Assembly: GCA_963712745.1 (NCBI GenBank)
Contig: CAVQJC010000020.1
Coordinates: forward strand, 384,001 to 448,000
DNA length: 64,000 nucleotides
Source: an uncultured Chloroflexia bacterium
Lineage (GTDB): Bacteria; Chloroflexota; Limnocylindria; Limnocylindrales; CSP1-4
Reading direction: 5' to 3'
Each line of letters opens with the position of its first letter. Position 1 is the stretch's first letter. The notes under the pieces are model-generated. The model did no database searches. It worked only from the letters and a program-made list of their open reading frames with translations, and was not told the DNA's origin. This document shows, piece after piece, positions 61,882-64,000 of this stretch. The position numbers and the translations under genes were made by a program.

Positions 61882-62772
61882 TCAGGCCGGTAACGAGATG
61901 AGGACCACGCCCAGCAGGGCCATGGCCACGCCGGTCGCTCTCAGCCGGCTCAGCCGCTCGTGGAGGATGGCACGCGCCAGGATGGCGGTGACCACCGGGT
62001 AGAGCGACGCGAGCACGATGACGACGGGCAGCTCACCCTCGCCGCTGGCAAGCAGGAAGAAGAGATTGCCGCCGAGGTCGCCGAGACCGGCCAGGCAGCC
62101 GACCACGAGGGCCGCCCGGCCCAGCCGGAAGCCGGGGAAGCGACCCAGCGGCGCCAGCACGAGGGCGGCGGCGAGGACCGCGGCCACACCCGCCAGCTTG
62201 ACCATGAAGAGCGGCCACCAGACAGCACCTCCGGCATCGTGCGAAGCGTCCACCAGGAGGAAGAAGCCGCCGAAGCCGAGGGCGGCGCCGATGATGAGCA
62301 GCCATTCCTGGCCGCGCGATCCGTGGTACGTGGGCATCACCGGAGACCCCAGCCGCCGGTCGGGCATGGAGATGAGCACGATCGACGCGAGCGCCACGCC
62401 CATGCCCACCAGCGCGAGCAGGCCCACGCTGTCGCCGGTAAGCAGGGCGAAGGCCGCCGGCCAGGCCGCGGCCAGCAGCGCCGCCAGCGGAGCCACCAGG
62501 CCCATCGTCCCGCGCGAGAGCGCGAGGTAGAAGCAACCCAGGCCGAAAGTACCGGAGATACCCCCAAGCGCGGCCCACAGCAGTGCCTCGCCACTCGGTA
62601 CGGGTTCACCGCTGAGGAACAGGAGTGCTGCCGCCACGAGCAAGCCCACTACTTGTGCCAGGAGCACGGCCACGAAGTTGTTCGAGAGCCGCGTGGCGAT
62701 GCCGCCGGCGAAGTCGCCCACACCCCACGAGGCCGCAGCGGCGAGCGAGAGCAGCGGCGCCAGCAGGTTCAG
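61882..62772 (-). CDS. EamA/DMT-family transporter
   Basis: About 10 TM helices, WGVGDFAGG, ASLYPVVT, LHERL; reading frame open to 62772. Confidence 0.88.
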   Translation of the reverse strand: MNLLAPLLSLAAAASWGVGDFAGGIATRLSNNFVAVLLAQVVGLLVAAALLFLSGEPVPSGEALLWAALGGISGTFGLGCFYLALSRGTMGLVAPLAALLAAAWPAAFALLTGDSVGLLALVGMGVALASIVLISMPDRRLGSPVMPTYHGSRGQEWLLIIGAALGFGGFFLLVDASHDAGGAVWWPLFMVKLAGVAAVLAAALVLAPLGRFPGFRLGRAALVVGCLAGLGDLGGNLFFLLASGEGELPVVIVLASLYPVVTAILARAILHERLSRLRATGVAMALLGVVLISLPA

Positions 62773-64000
62773 TCGGTGTCCCCGTTCCCGTCCTTGCCGC
62801 TGGCAGCCTGCCGCAGGGCCGTCAGCGGGTCGGGCTCATCGGCCTCGGCCTGGGCGGCCCTGGCCGCGCGCAGGGCAGCCATCCGGCTCGGGCGCTGCCC
62901 TGTCTCGGGTCCGACCTGGCGCGGAGCCACGGGGTCAGGGTTGGGACGAGGGTCCGGCTCGAAGCGCAGGGTCGGCGCAGGTGCTTCGGCCGGCTTCGGC
63001 TGCGCTCCGGCCTGACGCGGCATGGCCAGGACACGCTCACCCGACGGCGCCGGCAGCACGACCAGCTCATCGGCGAGCGCGTCGAAGCGGCCGCTGCAGG
63101 TCAGATACAGCACCTGGAAGCCCTGCTCATGGGCGAACCGCTTGACCAACCGCATGGCACGTTCGGCTCGGGCTGCGTCGAAGGTGACGAAGGGGTCGTC
63201 AAGGATGAGCGGGGGGCGCCGGTCGAGCGTGACCAGGCGCACCAGCCCCAGGCGGGCCGCGAGGAAGAGCTGGTCGGCGGTCCCCTGCGAGAGCTTCTCG
63301 ACCTCGACCAGCTCGCCCGTCTCGGGGGCACGCACCCGGAACGAGAGGTTGGTCTCGTCGACCTCGATGTCATCGTAGCGGCCTCCGGTGACCTCGGCGA
63401 TGGTCGGGCCCATGCGCTCTTCGAGGAAGCGGGCAGCGGTCTTGAGCGTGGCCTGTTCGGCCGCCTCGACGGCGGCCAGGGTGCCCTCGTAGACGAGCAG
63501 CCGGCGCTCCATCTCGAGCTGGCGTCCACGGGCGGCGGCCAGGCGTTCGGCCAGCTCGGCCACGAGCTCGGCGTCGACCTGGTTGGCATCCACGCGGCCC
63601 TGCGCCTGATCCTCCTCGGAACGGGCCGCGTCGCGCGCCGGTGTCGTCTGGGCCACGAGGCGCTCGGCCGCAGAGCGCGCCGCCAGCGGGTCCTCGGCCA
63701 GCGGACCCATGGCCGCCAGCGCATGCTCGGCCCGCTCGGCCTCATCGGCGGCCTGGTCGCGTGACTCCTCCAGCCGGCGCAGGTTCGGTTCGTCCACCCC
63801 GAGCCCGCGCAGCTCCCCTTCGATCTGGGCCAGCTGCTCGGTGCGCTCCTCCGCGATCGCCGTCAGTGCCTCGGCAGCGGCCAGGTCGGCCACCCCCAGG
63901 CTGTCCAGCGTCGACTCGAGTTCGCGACGCTTGCGTCGGTACAGCTCCTGCTGATCGCGCTCGTGTTCCAGGCGCTCCGCCACGGCCGAGTCGGCCAGCT
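62769..64000 (-). CDS. SMC/SbcC/YhaN-like AAA ATPase, C-terminal part
   Basis: Coiled coil; LSQGT signature; LILDDPFVTFD Walker B; YLTC. Confidence 0.88.
   Translation of the reverse strand, partial: LADSAVAERLEHERDQQELYRRKRRELESTLDSLGVADLAAAEALTAIAEERTEQLAQIEGELRGLGVDEPNLRRLEESRDQAADEAERAEHALAAMGPLAEDPLAARSAAERLVAQTTPARDAARSEEDQAQGRVDANQVDAELVAELAERLAAARGRQLEMERRLLVYEGTLAAVEAAEQATLKTAARFLEERMGPTIAEVTGGRYDDIEVDETNLSFRVRAPETGELVEVEKLSQGTADQLFLAARLGLVRLVTLDRRPPLILDDPFVTFDAARAERAMRLVKRFAHEQGFQVLYLTCSGRFDALADELVVLPAPSGERVLAMPRQAGAQPKPAEAPAPTLRFEPDPRPNPDPVAPRQVGPETGQRPSRMAALRAARAAQAEADEPDPLTALRQAASGKDGNGDTD

Noticed and set aside
62769-64000. SMC-like ATPase as an anti-phage system (Wadjet/Lamassu)
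   Set aside because: Only the C-terminus is visible, the signature fits YhaN/SbcC-like repair proteins, and the downstream neighbour is a transporter

Overview
High-GC bacterial chromosomal window; gene style and content suggest a monoderm such as Chloroflexota (inference only). Many single-base frameshifts occur in patches, as expected of an unpolished long-read consensus. Layout: (1) 1-18.2 kb, an uncharacterised sugar/polyol catabolic island: FGGY kinase, two GntR regulators, a monosaccharide ABC transporter, a double-VOC protein, two SDRs, two Zn-dehydrogenases and an active-site-variant transaldolase-family protein. A divergent operon carries an MBL-fold hydrolase and two TPP-dependent E1 systems, each followed by a free-standing lipoyl domain, with no E2 catalytic core or E3. 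(2) 18.2-19.1 kb, two tandem-repeat arrays flanking a 162-bp imperfect palindrome. (3) 19.2-34.1 kb, a carbohydrate ABC transporter, an Asp-box beta-propeller gene with a large Opp/Dpp-type ABC operon, and an S41 protease homolog that lacks its catalytic Ser/Lys. (4) 34.2-46.4 kb, about 13 TadE/TadG-like minor pilin genes and fragments with no assembly genes, interrupted by NfeD-flotillin and containing a 2.1-kb mosaic of truncated paralogous pieces. (5) 46.6-64 kb, housekeeping genes: YdeI, a HAD phosphatase, psuG and a PfkB kinase, tkt-pgi-gnd-zwf-opcA-pgl, a TOBE regulator with modAB, EamA and an SMC-like ATPase. No rRNA, tRNA, CRISPR array, integrase or transposase was seen. The best candidates for an undescribed system are the E2-less twin E1/lipoyl/hydrolase module and the Tad minor-pilin mosaic array.
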